NCBI GenBank assembly: GCA_009103225.1
Contig: RHPI01001116.1
Coordinates: 701,267 to 765,266 of the forward strand
Length of the DNA stretch: 64,000 nucleotides
Direction: 5' to 3'
Origin: Chlorokybus atmophyticus
Taxonomy: Eukaryota; Plantae; Mesostigma and Chlorokybus algae
The notes under the pieces were generated by a model that saw only the letters and a list, made by a program, of their open reading frames with translations, had not been told where the DNA came from and did not search any database. Below are positions 60,308 through 64,000 of the stretch, one piece after another; the first letter of the stretch is position 1, and each line of letters opens with the position of its first letter. Made by a program: the position numbers and the translations under genes.

Positions 60308-61508
60308 ATGTTGGTGTTGGAGGAGAGGAGTGACCTGGCATGGGCGCGGTTGTATTTGGATGCGAGGCGGCCGTGGCTGGAGTTGTACGCGACGAGGTTG
60401 CGAGCAAGGAGTGGGGACGAGGATGGCAACGAGCACGGGAAGGGAGATGAGGCACTGATCAACCGCATGCTGCCGGGAGAGCTCCTGCTTGAGGTGCTTC
60501 TGCACTGCAGCGCTGTCACCATCGCCAATGCCTCCGTTGTGTGCAAACGATGGAGGTGTGTACCATGTGTGGTCGTATGCCAGTGTGTGGTTTGTTAGTT
60601 GGAGTGTCTGAGTTATTCATGTATGACAAGCTTTGTGTGCGATTCCACCAGTTGACGCTGTATACAATAATCACAGCGTCTGTTTGTCTTGGAACCACAC
60701 ATTAGGTCACGCTTACAGTGTATGTCAACACGCAGCGCACAAGTTGCATGCTCTGTACTACTTATCATGTACCTACCAGATCGACAGGGTTCAAGCTTAT
60801 CACAATATTGTGCTGCTATTCTCTTATCTCTACAAAGTTAGTTGACTTGGGTAATCGTTTGTCTCATGTAACAGGTATGCTGCACAGCATCCGATGATGT
60901 GGAGGGCAGCGTGTATGAGCGCATGGGGTGGGTTTGAGGGCGAGCAGGCGTGCGTGAGGGCGTGTCGGAGGTTTTACGGTGGCTCGTGGCGCCGCATGTT
61001 CATGGAGAAGCCGCGTCTGAGGACGGACGGCGTGTACGCTAGCCGCAATACGTATATCAAGGTGGGCGCGTGTGAGTGGGCCGTGCACAACCCCGTGCAC
61101 CTCGTGTGCTACTTCCGGTACCTCCGCTTCAAGCCCGACGGCATGTTGTTGTATCGCACCACTGCCGAGAAGGTTGCTGTGGCCGCGAGGCAGATGGGTG
61201 CCAAGGACGAGCACGATCCCAACCTACTCAAAGGCCGATACAACATTTCCGGATGTAGTGTGGACATTGCGGTGTCGTACCCGGGAGGCCGCGCGGCGCT
61301 GGCCATGAGGCTGAGTTTAAGAAGCACAGTACGCGGCGGGAACAACCGACTCGACGTGCTCTCGCTGTCGGTCATTGATCACCGCACCGGCGAGGAGGAC
61401 GAGCACACGCGCGGCAAAGCCACATTTGTCTTCGTACCATTTCAGTCTGCCTCCTCATCTGTCCTCAACCTTGATATACACGAGATGGATTACTACGTCC
61501 CTGGATGA
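60308..61508 (+). CDS. FBP7: F-box protein 7 (plant FBP7) / FBXO9-like, 2 exons
   Basis: RRPWLELY..ALINRMLPGELLLEV..VCKRWR (60308-60555) | MWRAAC..GGSWRRMF..RLRTDGVYASRNTYIKVG..NPVHLVCYFRYLRF..GGNNRLD..FVFVPF..VLNL..EMDYYVPG* (60875-61508). Confidence 0.95.
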
Positions 61509-62441
61509 AGTTGGTAAGGGACAGGACAGTGACTCCTTCACCTCGAGTATGAGTATGCCTGCAAAATCAAGGGAGTGCCGATGGGTTATTTTAGTTTTTG
61601 TCTAGTACTACAAAGGTGGATCCCGTGATGGTAGCCCATGTGTTGCAGGTTGAAGCGATGTCGTGTAAATAGTATCTTGCTAAATGATTATGGTTAGGGT
61701 GGGAATGGAAGTTGCCGTGTGTTACTGGGCATGTCGGTGATTTGTCGTAGCAGCAGCTGTACTGTCACCAGGCAGGATGCAATGTAGTGCTTCGGTGATT
61801 TTATTTGTACATGGTTGAGGTTGTGCTCATGGATTCTGACTGTGCGTGTGGGTTGCATTCTTTCAACAACACGCGACAAATACACTGCTCTTTTCAGCTT
61901 TATTATGTTCATCAGTGCACTGGTGATAACCATGTGGGGAAGTCATGCTGGGAGACCTCCAGTTGCGCTGATAGCTTCGCTGAAGGGCCGCACTGCAGTT
62001 GTGTCAACAAGGAGGATATGCGCTGTGTGCCACCTCCTTCCTGACAGAAAAGACTCTCTGGCGATTATAGAATGCAAGCATCACAATTGTAAGCTGGAAT
62101 ACGGGATTGGTTGCAATGACTGCATGTCAGAGTGTGTATTGGGTAGACAGCTACACCTGCCAATAAACCATTGCATATGCACGCTGTAGTGTGTGCATGG
62201 TAATTGCATGCACGAAGCATCAGTGACCAGCTGGAGTTACATGTACAAACGCAAGCAGTGACATGCAGACTAAGATGCGGGGCTGTGCACAGCCTTCCGT
62301 GACCCACGTCACGTTTTTTAGGTTGTGGAATTTCTTCACGAGGTGTGTGTAGTACAAGAACCACCTGCTAATTATGTACATGTTCGAGTGTTGATCCAGT
62401 GACCACCCTTCAGCTATGGCCAGCTACCAGCCCTGACATTA

Positions 62442-64000
62442 CTACCCGTATGACCTGCCGTCCGCCCGCTTCTGCCCTTGAATTGTGATGCATACTTGGC
62501 GAGGACCTCCGTAGTTGCGGTGCTCATTGAGGTACAATCCCTGCAAGCCAGCACCCAGACAATAAGCGACCACTCAATGACTGTCATCTGCACCCGTCCC
62601 CAAGCAACGTCATGCCTATGCCTGGTCGACATCAAACCCTTGTGCACATTGTGGTTAGTATTAACGGGTTTAGGTGGATCAGGCTTAGTCATGACACTGA
62701 TAACCACAGCGTGCTTGTTGAAGTCATGACTACGCCTTGGTTGTGGACGACGCATAGTCACAACACCAACCATCATAAGTATTAACGGGTTTGGGTGGAT
62801 CAGGCTTAGTCATGACGCTAATAACCACAGCGTGCTTGTTAATGTCAAGACTACGCCTTGGTTGTGGACGACGCATAGTCACAACACCATCCATCATACT
62901 GTCTGGTTGATATGCACAGTGGCTACACAAGGCATAGGCAGCAGGCAATCAAGTACCTGCCAAGTCCCAAGGTTCAGGCGGCCACTGCTGATGGGAATGG
63001 TGAGTGAGGCGCCCATAAGAGACGACTTGACGTGAGCTGGCATGTCATCGAGACCTTCGTCTAGATGTCTGTAGTGGTTGCCCTGAATGTATACCCAGAT
63101 AGGGTTAAGGTTGTGAGCAATCCCACAGCGGCATTGATGTAGTTACCTCTGGAACAATCTTGTCAAGGGAGTCTGCCAGGTCCAGCGGTACGTCCGGGCT
63201 TGCATTCTCGTTGATTGTAAGGCTTGCGGAAGTGTGAAGCACTGCACAAGAATACATGCTTATAACTTGCATCATGAATGGCACACAGTTCTGCACTCTG
63301 TGTAAATGAACACTGCGCACACGCCACACACATGTTCACATTGGGGGGGCAAATTCGCTGCCTACCGAAGAAGTTGGCCAAGCCGATTTCAAACTCTCGC
63401 AGCTCCGGGAGCTGTGCAAGAATGGGTCTTGTGATTACGTGGCAACCTCTGTCACACACGCATGGGGGGGTAAAGCGTGATGCTTGCATGCACTTGAATG
63501 CAGTCAACTGTCAACCCATTCAGCCAGCCAACGCTGAGTACCGAGTACATGTTCACCAGAACAGGACAGAAGCTACTACTTGCAAAGCCCTGGAATGAAG
63601 CAAAGGAGTACATCTGGCGCTGGACGCATACCGTTTGTAAGCAGGCAGCGTGATGGTTTTCTGAAACCACTGCGTGCCGGTGGTGGAGGGCACGGCTCCG
63701 CTGATAGACGCTGCGTTGCACTGGGCCCCGCCACCTGTCATCCGTCTTGCTTTGATCAGGTGCTTCACCTACGCGTGAGGTTGCCACATCATACATCACG
63801 ACTCAAGCTAAACTGACAGCATGCATGCTTGTGCAGCAAACCAAGCCACGCATGCAAGCACTGACCCTCAGCTGACTCCCGCCAACCACTGACACCTTCT
63901 CCGGCAACGCTGGCCTGACAAACGCAACACCCAAGAGCGCCCGAGACGACGACAACGACAACTCCCCTGCCACCGACACCCTCCCCACCACCGCCGCCGC
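62442..64000 (-). CDS. yjbQ: UPF0047/YjbQ family protein (secondary thiamine-phosphate synthase-like) with a transit-peptide-like N-terminus; the 5' end lies beyond the window
   Basis: [13 protein letters not shown]|[22 protein letters not shown]|[27 protein letters not shown]|[42 protein letters not shown]|[22 protein letters not shown]. Confidence 0.95.
62657..62898. repeat. 121-bp tandem duplication in the last yjbQ intron
   Basis: Units start at 62657 and 62778 and are roughly 90-95% identical by eye. Confidence 0.92.

Noticed and set aside
1-64000. rRNA, tRNA, snRNA and CRISPR arrays
   Set aside because: No conserved signatures or regularly spaced repeat-spacer arrays were seen; the only tRNA-matching strings are the two PBS.

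Overview
Eukaryotic nuclear DNA with GT-AG introns and the standard genetic code. Plant-type orthologues and plastid-transit-like N-termini suggest a green alga or early streptophyte (inference). About 1-20 kb and 28-36 kb are decayed, TE-rich islands. The first island holds: (i) a Plavaka-type transposase pseudogene lying tail-to-tail with an intron-containing gene encoding Cys/Zn - Tudor - phage-like C5 cytosine methyltransferase, the pair bracketed by GTACCAT-rich arrays; (ii) a 7.7-kb Ty1/copia element (TSD TGCAC) containing a younger 2.8-kb gag-protease-only copia element (TSD CACAC); and (iii) a degenerate multi-exon Q-rich gene with a possible tyrosine-recombinase-like part. The second island holds three decayed copies of an unknown gene family. 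Stop codons and LTR differences in these islands are mostly C-to-T, often in CpA context. The remainder is ordinary gene space: GEMIN5-like, three divergent MATH-like paralogues, PEBP, an EF-hand ATP-Mg/Pi carrier, a Yip1-domain gene, WDR18/IPI3, an F-box FBP7/FBXO9-like gene preceded by a 77-aa protein-like upstream ORF (possible bicistronic locus), and a partial YjbQ gene. No rRNA, tRNA or CRISPR was seen. All assignments come from manual translation and motif recognition; no database search was run, and exon coordinates are approximate unless stated.
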